Assembly (NCBI GenBank): GCA_030141605.1
Contig: JAQGDQ010002372.1
Span: 496,001-560,000, forward strand
Length of the DNA stretch: 64,000 nucleotides
Source of the DNA: Tubiluchus corallicola
Taxonomy: Eukaryota > Animalia > Priapulida
Reading direction: 5' to 3'
This document shows, piece by piece, positions 12,936 to 25,035 of the stretch (positions are counted from its first letter, which is position 1; every line of letters starts with the position of its first letter). The notes beneath the pieces were generated by a model. That model worked only from the letters and a program-made list of their open reading frames with translations. It made no database searches and was not told where the DNA came from. The translations under genes and the position numbers were made by a program.

Positions 12936-13368
12936 TGTACTGCAGGGCTGTGATGAGGTAGTGTAATACTGGCAGGAGAATACAGCAGACTTCTCAGGTG
13001 TGCGTGTGAACTAGCACACGTCCGGCTTTAACTAGCACATAGACGCTTATTCTGACCTTGTGTTAGTGGGAGCCACTAGTCACGTGCACACCTGAGCTTA
13101 TAAAAATGGTAGGTCTGCTGTAGATCCTTGTCAGTGGTCAGTGGGCGTCTCATCTCATCTCAGCTCTGTTCGCACTTCATCAGGCTTTCTGTTGCTCCAT
13201 TCGGAAAGCTATCTGGAACAGTTATTTTGTTTGGGTAATAAATTGTCATTTTTATTTTATTCATTTTGGTTTTTGTCTTTGAGTCATGCCGCACGGTGTA
13301 GGCCGCGGTGCCATCCGTTCTGCTTCCACTAAAAGTGGAGAGCAGTCCAGTATTATCAGTTTATAACA
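12936..13368 (+). mobile_element. 3' LTR of the Gypsy element (~430 bp; right end approximate)
   Basis: Starts TGT right after the PPT. TATAAAA at 13099, AATAAA at 13237, a hairpin at 13320-13345, and a plausible ...AACA end at 13368. Confidence 0.7.
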
Positions 13369-16125
13369 CATAGATTTTGCGCGATGAGCATCTGCATGAG
13401 CACATCTTGCATCAGTGGACATCTTCTCGACCACATCCACCCAATTTTTTGAAAAAGTGCATAAAAACAGAAATCGGCTCGCATCTTGAAATCTTTGCAC
13501 AGAGTTCAAATGCTTTTTGAAAAGAGATGCATTCAAATTGCTGCGTTCTAAATGTATATGCATATTTCTATATGCATCATATCTATTAGTAATTGTTACC
13601 ACCAGAATTACTGAGTTTCCCATTGCCGTTAATAATTCGAAACCACGCGGAATTTTCGCTTATTGACTAGATAATAATAATAGTAATAGAAATAATAACA
13701 AAACAACGACGACGATGACAACAGCAACGACAACAGCAGCAACAGTACTACAACAGTATCTTCCCAGTTATGCGCAAAATATTTTAAGGGCGTCCTTCCG
13801 ACTTGTAGTTGCTAGTGTTATGTTAAGTAGGTTATGGTTATTCTGCCAATATATCCATGACCCATGCTTAAGCTAAGTTCTTTTAATTTCAGTAAAAACA
13901 AATTAAGCACAAAATAAAGTTGGCCAACTGATCAACTATCATAAGCTATATAATAATAAGCTATTCATCCGGCAAATGAAGAAGTAGATTCCCCTGTAAT
14001 GTTGTAATAATAAATTTGTGCAAATAGTAAATGCAGATTACACAGGCTATAATGTTGATCACACACTTACCTCTTAGTCTTATTGGAACATGCCTCCGCC
14101 TATAACCTTTTCTATTGTACACACCACGACTTTCACCTGGCTGAGCCATAAAAGTAATACAAATGAATAGTCCAATGATGGAACGCTAAAAACAAACAAG
14201 TAAAATAGCTTTTACTATAAGAAATGCACATTTTAAACTTGTTGAAGAGTTAAAAACGGTTTTATTAAATAAAACTTGCCGATTAGTGAGTAAATGTTCC
14301 AACATCCTCATTACTTTATCTAACTGTTTCAAACGTTTTTCATTGTTTTCAAATTCAAGTACATTAAACTATATTAAGTACTTAACATTTACCCATTTGT
14401 TATTTGATATAGAAGCCATATTTGCCGAAAAGAATTTTTCTGTAGTAACTAAAACAGTGTTTACGCAGAAAACGCAGAAAACCTTCTGTTAGCAATTGCG
14501 CCAGAAAGTGCCATCGTGCTCTGTAAATTACTGTTACACGTCGCGCTAGAACCGGTCAAGCACAAAACTTGAAAAGTGATATCAAAATAGGTACTGACAT
14601 ATAATTAAAATCAGAAAATCGTATTGTCGTGCATGTAAGAAGTTTGCATCGAGCAAAGGACATGTTTATAAAGTTACTGACCCCGTACCATGTACGATTA
14701 ATTTGTTCCGTGAGAACGCATTTATAACTCATTAATATTTTACACTTGTCAATGTTTCCTGAATCGTTGATAATTTTAGTGCAATGGTGTCAAATTATAT
14801 CTTATACAAAGGAATTTCATATCATCATGAGAAAATAATGTAGGCTAATGTAATGTAAATTAATGTAATGTAATGTAAAATAATGTAAATTTAGTGTGAC
14901 CGAAAATAATGTAGCCTAAACTTCGCGTGACCATTTGAACTATTAACTAGTTTTTAATGGTTGTCTTAGATTACGTGCTTGCAGCAGTAACACAGTTTTT
15001 AATGTTAATTTAAATTAAAGTGCTTAGCTAAGACATCTTCAACTATAATCGTAATGCAACACTAATTAATACTAGAAGTTAATATGCAGTTCTAATAAAA
15101 AATAGCACGTTTTTCACCATCAAGTACTGCAACAATCTAGCATTATAGCCTTAAGCTGGATAGCTTTACCTGCAGGTAACATAAAATTTGCAGCTTAATG
15201 TGTTAGATCGGTAAGTATGGAATTTCTTTCATCGGCAAAACAAACATTTAATTCTAGTAATATGCAGTCTTTAAATCGTTACTTTTTTGCATAGATCAGC
15301 AAAACACTAAATGTTCCTCATTGATGACATACATTTTTAAACGTTCTTGCTTCAAAACAACGGCGATACTTGAATAGGTGTCAACGTAGGAAGCAATCTA
15401 CTTAATTAAAAACAATCAACATAATTTACGGGAAATCACAACTAGCGCTTTTAAACAACTTGCCCTTTTTTGCCCCAAAAATGACCAAATTAATTTATAA
15501 TTTTAACACATTTAATTTAACAGATCATTTCCGTAAGTACGAAATCCACAGTACCGAAAAAACACTCGCACAAAGCACCGTCGCAAATCTAGCACAGCAC
15601 ACAAATTTTCAAGAATGTGGTACACAAATATAAAAGAAACCGTTTACCTTGGGATAAACAAATAAACACTGGAATATAACAGTTTTGGGGTGTTTTCGGG
15701 AGAACAAAATTTGCAGCAAAGCTCTTAATGGTGACAAACAGAAAACATAAGCTTCGACCTTATAATTTTTCTTTGGTCAAATATTGTAACGTTGACGTCG
15801 GCCAAGAAGTTCAAGGTTCAAGTCGGCAATGATGCGAGCTTCAGTTTGTTACAAACAATACCAAAAACGTGAAAACTAAACAGGAATTTGAAGGAATAAC
15901 GTGCATAAATTTTCTCTTACCGCCTCTATTGCTGGCTGTTTTACGGAACCGGTGCTTCGATGGAAAACGCACTGCCCACGCTCTTAATGAATTAACCGGA
16001 ACAATTACGTGCCTGCAAATGTAGGTAAAATGGCACAGTAAAAATTGCATAGGAAAAAACAGCACAAATGAAAACGCAGGAAAAAAAGTTGTATATATGT
16101 TATTTTGATGCATATAATTTGTATG

Positions 16126-18113
16126 ACAAGACTAGAATGCGCTCAGCAGGAAACAGACCTCCGCCAAGGTCGAAAAACCCGTTCGTTCTTTCAATAGAAA
16201 AAACTAAAAACAAAGTTTTATAATAACATGCTATAATATACCTATATAAGTATTATATAGACTAGCAAAGGACCCAAAATATTTTGTTTATTAAACAGAA
16301 TTATAATGAATAATGCACAAACGTTTCACATGGTGTTTGTCTACATTTCTTTAACCATTTTGCTTTGGTAATAGACTGATAAACGTAACTAGCTCGTAGT
16401 TGTTTGCCCTGGTAGAGATAATAAAACAAGAATTCCCCTCTCTTGTAGCTAAGTCCTCATCTTCCCAAAAAGCTATAGCACTCCGTCTGAAACCTCCACG
16501 TAATTGCGTCACCAGTGTTGTCTGTGCGTAGTATTCGAGACCTCTACGAATTGCTTCACCAATGTTTTCTGTGCGTAGTATTCGAGACCTCTACGAATTG
16601 CTTCACCAGTGTTTTCTGTGCGTAGTATTCGAGACCTCTACGAATTGCTTCACCAATGTTTTCTGTGCGTAGTATTCGAGACCTCTACGAATTGCTTCAC
16701 CAGTGTTTTCTGTGCGTAGTATTCGAGACCTCTACGAATTGCTTCACCAGTGTTTTCTGTGCGTAGTATTCGAGACCTCTACGAATTGCTTCACCAATGT
16801 TTTCTGTGCGTAGTATTCGAGACCTCTACGAATTGCTTCACCAGTGTTTTCTGTGCGTAGTATTCGAGACCTCTACGAATTGCTTCACCAATGTTTTCTG
16901 TGCGTAGTATTCGAGACCTCTACGAATTGCGTCACCAGTGTTTTCTGTGCGTAGTATTCGAGACCTCTACGAATTGCTTCACCAATGTTTTCTGTACGTA
17001 GTATTCGAGACCTCTACGAAATGCGTCACCAGTGTTTTCTGTACGTAGTATTCGAGACCTCTACGAATTGCTTCACCAATGTTTTCTGTGCGTAGTATTC
17101 GAGACCTCTACGAATTGCTTCACCAATGTTTTCTGTGCGTAGTATTCGAGACCTCTACGAATTGCTTCACCAGTGTTTTCTGTGCGTAGTATTCGAGACC
17201 TCTACGAATTGCTTCACCAATGCTTTCTGTGCGTAGTATTCGAGACCTCTACGAATTGCGTCACCAGTGTTTTCTGTGCGTAGTATTCGAGACCTCTACG
17301 AATTGCTTCACCAATGTTTTCTGTACGTAGTATTCGAGACCTCTACGAATTGCTTCACCAGTGTTTTCTGTACGTAGTATTCGAGACCTCTACGAATTGC
17401 TTCACCAATGTTTTCTGTGCGTAGTATTCGAGACCTCTACGAATTGCGTCACCAGTGTTTTCTGTGCGTAGTATTCGAGGCCTCTACGAATTGCGTCACC
17501 AGTGTTTTCTGTACGTAGTATTCGAGACCTCTACGAATTGCTTCACCAATGTTTTCTGTGCGTAGTATTCGAGACCTCTACGAATTGCTTCACCAGTGTT
17601 TTCTGTGCGTAGTATTCGAGACCTCTACGAATTGCTTCACCAATGTTTTCTGTGCGTAGTATTCGAGACCTCTACGAATTGCTTCACCAATGTTTTCTGT
17701 GCGTAGTATTCGAGACCTCTACGAATTGCGTCACCAGTGTTTTCTGTACGTAGTATTCGAGACCTCTACGAATTGCTTCACCAATGTTTTCTGTACGTAG
17801 TATTCGAGACCTCTACGAATTGCTTCACCAGTGTTTTCTGTGCGTAGTATTCGAGACCTCTACGAATTGCTTCACCAATGTTTTCTGTGCGTAGTGTTCG
17901 GTCAGGTTTTGTGAAAACAAAGAACGTGCGAAAAAACATATACTTTTCTTGGCAGTACTGCTCCATCCCCAATCCAGGAATCTGGTAAAAATTGTGTCTT
18001 TCTTGTCTCCTACTCTCATAGAAATCTATTAGGTGGGCCTTTGGGTAATAGACTTGCAGCTATAGACAGGCAAAAAACAAACAGCATGAAGCATAACTTC
18101 CTTGGTAGAGGTC
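16126..18113 (-). mobile_element. DINE-1/HINE-like (Helentron-associated) non-autonomous element with an internal tandem array
   Basis: Subterminal inverted repeats ACCTCCGCCAAGG (16157-16169) and CCTTGGTAGAGGT (18100-18112; 11/13). A short hairpin and ACAG/AAAC microsatellite-like tract lie next to the latter. The minus-strand end reads ...GCATTCTAGT (CTAG). Central tandem repeats complete the canonical DINE-1/pearl-type architecture. Confidence 0.7.
16492..17899. repeat. 47-bp minisatellite, ~30 copies
   Basis: Unit CCA(A/G)TGTTTTCTGT(G/A)CGTAGTATTCGAGACCTCTACGAATTGC(T/G)TCA. Unit starts run from 16512 to 17875 at exact 47-bp spacing. No unique spacers. Confidence 0.98.
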
Positions 18114-21100
18114 AAAATAACGAAAATAATTATCCCGAACAATAACTCTAATTCAGAGCTCATGTTGTGTAAGTCGTTTGTCCCTCTTTTCCTATTTTTC
18201 CATTTGCACACTTTTTCCTTTTTTTCCTATGCCATTTTGACTTACGTCATTTTACCGGGCAGCAGTGCTTCCACGCCGGGATACTGATTCGTAAGAGGTG
18301 TCTATTTATAATATCACCCTGTGATCACCATCGTGATCCTGCATGAAGCGCGTATGAGAAAAAATTAAATTTTATTGAAAAATTAATTACGCTTCAAGTA
18401 ATTTTATAGAAAGTGCGAAAAAAGATTTACGAAAGCGGTTAACGCTTATGTTCATCGTAAAGACAAATTTCGTGTTTTATACTAAGATATGTAAGAATTA
18501 TATGGAGTTTACGATGAAATTTTCATGTTGCATAATGCTTATTACTGGACGCAAAGTGTTCGCTACATAAAAAAGCTAAGTGTGCATAACATCTATACTG
18601 AGGAAATAATGTCAAACTGCGGAAATTCGACTACATAAAACTAAAGTTAAAGTTTGTTAAATGAAACGTATAAAATGGAGTAACGCATAGGCCTGCTATT
18701 CTGTGTTAACAAAAATAATTGAAATTCAGTAGCGAGTAACGTTACAAGAAAATTTACGACAACATTTTGTGAAATTTCTGAACAATTGCTCAATTACAAT
18801 TACATGAACAGAGACGTACGTTAAGAGACTGGTAATAAATAAAAAATTAAAGGCCTTGAGGTCTGGCCACGTCAAAGCCGGGTTCAGCAACAATTAGTTG
18901 CCCGTAGCGTCCAAAATGACCTTCTCGTACATCTCCTTGTACGGATGTTTTTCGTTTGGTTTGCCCAAGTAGTTACGCTGACATCGTAAGGGATAAGCTA
19001 GATTTAGCGCAAAAGCTGTTCCACTTCTCCGGTAATCACGGAACAAAAATAGCGAGAAAGCCAAGTGCGTTCTTTCACGTCATCGGGTCTCACCAGAGGG
19101 ATATACATCTGCGGGTCGCCAGAACGGCTTTGTGCCGATACTAGTGATTTCAGCGTCAAGCTTCGCAACTGTGTAAAGCCATAAAGCTGCCCACAAGCTG
19201 TCTACAACGACGACACAAATACTCTGTTTCACCTTGAATTATTCACAAACTAAATTGTAATCCATATAGACTCTACAACTGCTATTTACAACAAAAGTAC
19301 TTCATCACAGTGAAACTGCATCTCCGCTCGAGGATCTTACGCTTACTGCCCGCAGCTGCGGAAAAGCAAGTACCGTCAACTGCTACCAACAGAAAAACGT
19401 ACCTTTTGACACAAGTCCTGAACTCAGTGAGCCCTAGCGACTGATAAGCGTGGATCCGTGAAAACAAACGTCAACAGGAACAAGCAGACATGTCAACGCT
19501 AGCTGGTTCGAAACCACTTGATGCCAAACCATGCCAGGTGCAAGCCGGACAAGCCAACAGGTAACAGAGCCCGTAACTTGCATAGCTTACGTGGAATACC
19601 GTAAAAAATATAAGGCAGTGTGTTTTTAACTGCTGCCAAGTAAAATAGCATGCCACCTTTTCTTTCAACTCGAATGAATAACATCATGATGAGGACAGGC
19701 TTCACTAAATAAGCTACTCACAGCTTGATGGTCCTACTGCATGTGTTGCTTTCATCTCACATTTTAGAATGTGTTCAATGCCACTCAATGCCACACGTGC
19801 CGTCAAAGATGTAACAGGTCCCGCAAAAAACCAATCAACATGTGCCTGAGAAAAAAAACTTGGAAAACAAGCTACGGTACCTGCTGATCATACCTTAGGT
19901 ATGCATTTTTTCTGTGACTTCTTTTTGGAGTGCAAGTTCTTGCAGAACTGCTTCTTTCGCGATCATTTTGAATATTAACGGGTAACAAACACCAATGTTA
20001 TTCAGGTTTGGGTAATAATCTGACTTAATTTAATCCAATAAGGACTGCAACACATTGTATACCATTTATCTACGTATAATGTTTTCTGAGATGTATGTAA
20101 CAATATAATGAAAAGCTTGATCTGCAGCCATCTTTGATTTTTTTAAATTTAAAACAAATTCAGCTTTTCCAAGAAAACACTCGTTAGGTTGCAACATAAC
20201 ATTGTATATGTCAGAAAATGAGGTGGCACCGCCCTTATCAGTAGTCCTCGCTATTATACTTATAGATCTCTAATAAATGATCTGTGAGTAAAGGTTTCTG
20301 TTCTGATTCACGACAACGATGATTGCTTGACTAGGTCGCTTGCAGTGTTGGATAAAGCTTTTAAGAAAATTTCGTGGCCACACTATCTATCTAAAAGACC
20401 AATTCGTTGGTTTTAATACATCCAGTTAACTCCAGTTATTACCGCATGCAATAGTCGCACTCAGGCTAAAATCCTTATACAGCATATTTTTTGAGTGAGT
20501 GTATGTGCCTATATGTGTGCGTTCGTGTCTATGATTATAACTGTCTTTGCTGTTTCAGGTACTGAATTTGAGAAAATAAACTTTTTCCTCCACAAGATGT
20601 CACCACAAGTAGAAAAGTATTTCTGTGGATACACAGCATAGAGATTCGCTGGCGGAATCGCTGCTGCCAGAAGATGGCGAGAAAATCGATTAGGATGCTG
20701 AGCTCTTTAGATGCTCTTCCTCTACTCCATTCGCCTTCGCAGTAGATAGGCTGTAATGTAGTAATATGATTGTGAAACTGTAAGGCACCAACCTATAGTT
20801 CGTAGCTTTGCAGTCTGTGTATACAATTTACAATCACGTGCTTACTGAAACTAGTTAATTGTACCTGACAGATCATCACTGCAAGTTCATACATTCGACA
20901 AGTTCAGTTAATCAAGAAAAGTCAGCTGCACAATAAAGTGATTATTGATGATTATCTGGCATGGAATCATTATAATTTTCATGGCCAGTTCTATACTGTA
21001 CTTGAAATCCTGTGAAACTCAATCGCTGCCTCAGTAATTGACATCGTTATCGACTCCTATCATTATTGCTGATACTACACAAGTATTATGATTATTATTG

Positions 21101-21179
21101 TTATCATTGTTCGTTTATAGTTGTTTTTGGCAAAGAAATACATTTGAGTATTTTGTTTAACATAAGCCATAGACAGGAC

Positions 21180-21394
21180 TCCATGTGCGCATACTGCGTA
21201 ATGCGTGATGTATCCATAGGTTTCATAGGTCCGTGAATGCCGTGCGTATCAACAAAGCTCGCGGCGCTTTTTCAGCTATTTTTGGTTACTGTCCATGAAA
21301 ATTGGAAGTAATAATTTTTAGATGGCGTGTTTCCGTCGAAGTTTCAACGCGACAGTGATCAAGAAATAACAGCGATGGCATTAACTTTTCATTG

Positions 21395-21440
<46 letters not shown>

Positions 21441-21765
21441 CACGGAAAAATTCAAAAGGAGACAGGTTTTGGTGCATAAGATTTTGTAGGGGAGAGAACA
21501 ATCCGGCATGTTTCACTACCTAGGTAAAGAACTGCAACTAGATGCAAAAATATGTATATTTATACGCTTCTTCTACAACTCAAATGGAACGAAAATGGTT
21601 ACCTGAAACTTGAAAACTCGTTAAATCACCTAGGCAAAGACGGTTTCCGGTCTGCGTATTACTGCTTGTTGCGCATTCGAACCATACCGGTCAATCATGT
21701 TTAACTGAATACGTATAACGCATCACGCATTACGGATTGCGCGTTAAGTAGACCTACACATGGAA
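21180..21765. mobile_element. MITE-like element with inverted termini and internal (TA)n
   Basis: Perfect 14-bp inverted pair CGTAATGCGTGATG (21197-21210) / CATCACGCATTACG (21721-21734), extended outward by GCGCA/TGCGC and CCATGTG/CACATGG. (TA)n at ~21399-21438. Confidence 0.55.
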
Positions 21766-21924
21766 GCATTACATGTATTTAAATATAAACTGTTTTATAC
21801 GTGCTATGTATCACATATTACGCATATATGGAATCCTGCTTAAACGAGTGCATGGTGTCCTACCTTAACAAAAAATGTGAGATGGTAGGTAGCAATCAAG
21901 CAGGCAGTAAGGCAAGCAGGTGAT

Positions 21925-21970
21925 TAGGCAGGTAGGTAGGTAGGTAGGTAGGAAGTTAAGTAGGTAAGTA
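21925..21970. repeat. (GGTA)n microsatellite
   Basis: Directly visible. Confidence 0.85.
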
Positions 21971-22600
21971 GCTAAGATTACACGAGATTAAATTAGATTC
22001 TTTTATTTCGACAGCCAGCTAATAAATTGCTTTAACCAGCTAAGGTTAGAAGTTAACTGATTAATTATATAACCAATTTGCAATTTAATGCAACTATAAA
22101 AAGCGCGCACGCGCACTCACTTACCCTCACGTACACAAGTCTATCTCACCAAATACACAACCCCTCCCCCACGACAAGAAATGTGCACAAGAAATATGCT
22201 TATATATATATATATATATATTAAAAGACACATGAGCATCAAATCTTGGGTAAATGTTTTCTCTTTTACTCCACATGGCTTCATTTTAACACGCCGTTGA
22301 TCGACATACGACCCCATGATAATAATCTATTAAAATATGCATACTGTTACACAAGGTTGTCAGCGGAATAGAAAATGCATTTATATCAACAATGCTAACA
22401 TGTCATGCTGATGTAACACGTCAGCAGTATTATATGGCTTAGCTGATTAATTGAAAACTACATTTTTTTATTTTAATACTCTGTTTTAGACAACTGGCTC
22501 AGTAACTAAAAAGTGTTAAACTTTTCATTTGTCCGCAGCTTACAAAACGTTGTTACTTCTTTCTGTCGGAAAATATTAAATGTGAAGCAAAAATGCAATT

Positions 22601-22629
22601 AACAACAACAACAACAACAACAACAACAA
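22601..22629. repeat. (AAC)n microsatellite
   Basis: Directly visible. Confidence 0.9.
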
Positions 22630-24249
22630 AGGTAGCTGAAATTACACAGCTATTTGCGAAAATCTTTGAAGTTGAAACAGTAATTTACAATAACCTATTT
22701 TAATAAATGCAGAGATTGTTGAGACGAAAGAGTAAGTAGAATTGAAATCATTCATTAAAACTCACAGTAGCGCTTATCGTTTCGGTTTACAATAATTCTT
22801 GTGCTGAAAATAAGGCCAAAAGCAATCATATTATCACCAAAAATTATCAAAAGGCTTAAAAATATTACAGAAATAATCAAATCAGTGCTAGATTAAATAG
22901 GCATAGTATAGTAGCTGTAAAAAGAGAATTTTTGTAAAAACATGGGAAAGATAATGATAAAGCTATAGATAAGAAAAATATTGGTAACTTCGATAATGTT
23001 TGTTTTTCTCTCATGCTGTGAATTTTAGCGTGTTTGTAATGTTTTAATGCTGACGTTCTCTTGAATCTCATCCAATGGTAATCTTTCTCGTGTTTTTAAA
23101 GAAATAGCTACTATACTATTCAGTGTACTGTACTTACTTAGCCTAGCACTGATTCCTTATTTCTATAGTTTTTAGGCCTTTCCATATTTTTTATGATGAT
23201 GTTACTAAAGAATGTAATTGGCCTTATTTTCAGTTTTAGACATAAAGGGGTGGTCGCAACTGTAAATAAAATCATGATGCAGCACTTTCGCATATTTGAA
23301 ACGATTCTAGTTGTAGGACTTGAAGAGTTTGTAGAATTGAATTCTTTTGCAGAAGCAATATCACTTGCTGGAAAAATCCCAAACTGAGAGACAAGCTCAA
23401 CTTGATTTCAAAAAGAGATTAGCGCAAGAACTGAAGTTCTCTTCTCATGCTGTTTGCAGAACATGGAAATTTTCATAGTATGATAAAAGTTGGCGCGGCG
23501 GAACACGAAGCGTTTTGTTCAATAAGTCTACTACGCTCCAGTGAAACACATCAAAGTCGAAGGCATCCGCAAAATGTGCAATTTATCTCAGGCGGTAACC
23601 CCATAGAGCCAAAGCCGCTAGTTGCCGCTGCAGTATTGCATCGGTCATTATTGAATTCTTTCTTTAGTCAATATAAAGCGAAGTCAACGCGTGGCATAGT
23701 TCACAATCTGAAAACGCGCGGCTTCCAGTGAGAGCCGTAAAATGAATAATTTGCCCGTCGTTTCAGTAGGTCGGATTGCGTTTGAGAAGCAAATTGAAGT
23801 TACTGCTGGGCGTCATCGTTTCATTAGGTCCATTCACAGCATCATCAAACGTACTGAGGGGCGTGTTCATTACCAAGTACAGTAATGCTATCCATTCAAC
23901 TTTAGTTTACATCGCAAATACAAAGTAACGAGAAAAAGATTTTTATCTACAGTTGATTTGAGCACGATTTTTATTTGATGAACAAACTAAGAAGAGCTCT
24001 CCGTTTTTGGCTGCACCGCAATTAAAAATCCGAACGTTACATTAGCAATGGATGTTTACCAGACGTGTGAAACGTGTCGTGCATGAGAAACAAACCTGCT
24101 GTGACTTCACATGTTAAAATGCCTCAATTACTGAGTTTGAAAGTTCTTCGGTGAGACAGGATTCTTGCAAAACAGGGAGCGTGCACAACTGTTGGGATGT
24201 AGGATGTAGGAAGTAACTGGATTAAAGTAGCCGACTTTTAACCTGTAAA

Positions 24250-25035
24250 ATGGCCGATGTCGATGTAGGTTGGACGTGGGAAGAAAGAATCGAACGCCCT
24301 TCCGTTGTGTACGGTAACATTTCTGGTGTGGTCAGCTTGGCGCTAGATGGCCTTTTAGTGATAACTAACATACTTCCTGTGATTGTAGTATGCTGCATAA
24401 AACCGACCAGAGAGCGATTAATAATGGACGAGTTAGTGGCATTATTGAGCGTGTCCACATTGGTGTCTGTATTAGTACCAGTTCCATTGACAGCTATATC
24501 TTTTTTTAGGCAAGAATGGTGGGGTGGAGAAAGGACGTGTTACTTTTACCAAATTTTTACTGTGTGGTTAAAGTTGTCCTCGATGTTTTTAGTGACTCTT
24601 ATGGGTGTAGATAGAGCAGTCACGTTAAAACACACCTTAACTAGAAAAAGCTTTCGAAGATATCCGCGAAACGCCCGGCTTTTAGTGGCCATATCTTTTA
24701 CTCTGTCTCTGTCCATTTCTTTACTACCGCTAATTGGTTTCGCACCTGAAGCCATGGCTGGCGACACCTGTCGACCGTTGATATTAGCTCCCGATGACAC
24801 ATCGTCCATTCACCAGAAGGTTTTCTACGTTAGTTTTTTAAGCGTGGGTTACCTAAATCTACTTCTCACAACGGGTGCCAACTTCAAAGCCTCTGGATTT
24901 CTCTCAAAACTATCCAAACATGGATATGAAGATAGGTGGCCGTCAGCTTGTATGGACAAGAAGGTCCTTCTGGATTGCTCTCAGGTTATCGTAGCTGTCG
25001 CTATGGTTTTCTACGCCACGTGGCTGCCTGCCTTT
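24250..25035 (+). CDS. GPCR coding exon 1 (N-terminus to end of TM6)
   Basis: 786 nt, ends ...TWLPAF|GTAAGT (donor at 25036). Confidence 0.9.

Noticed and set aside
15540-15730. Cys-rich minus-strand fragments resembling a piggyBac C-terminal domain
   Set aside because: Motif pieces fall in different frames with stops; not distinguishable from chance.
16492-17899. CRISPR-like array (palindromic ~47-bp repeats)
   Set aside because: Units are directly adjacent with no unique spacers, there are no cas genes, and the context is eukaryotic. It is a minisatellite.
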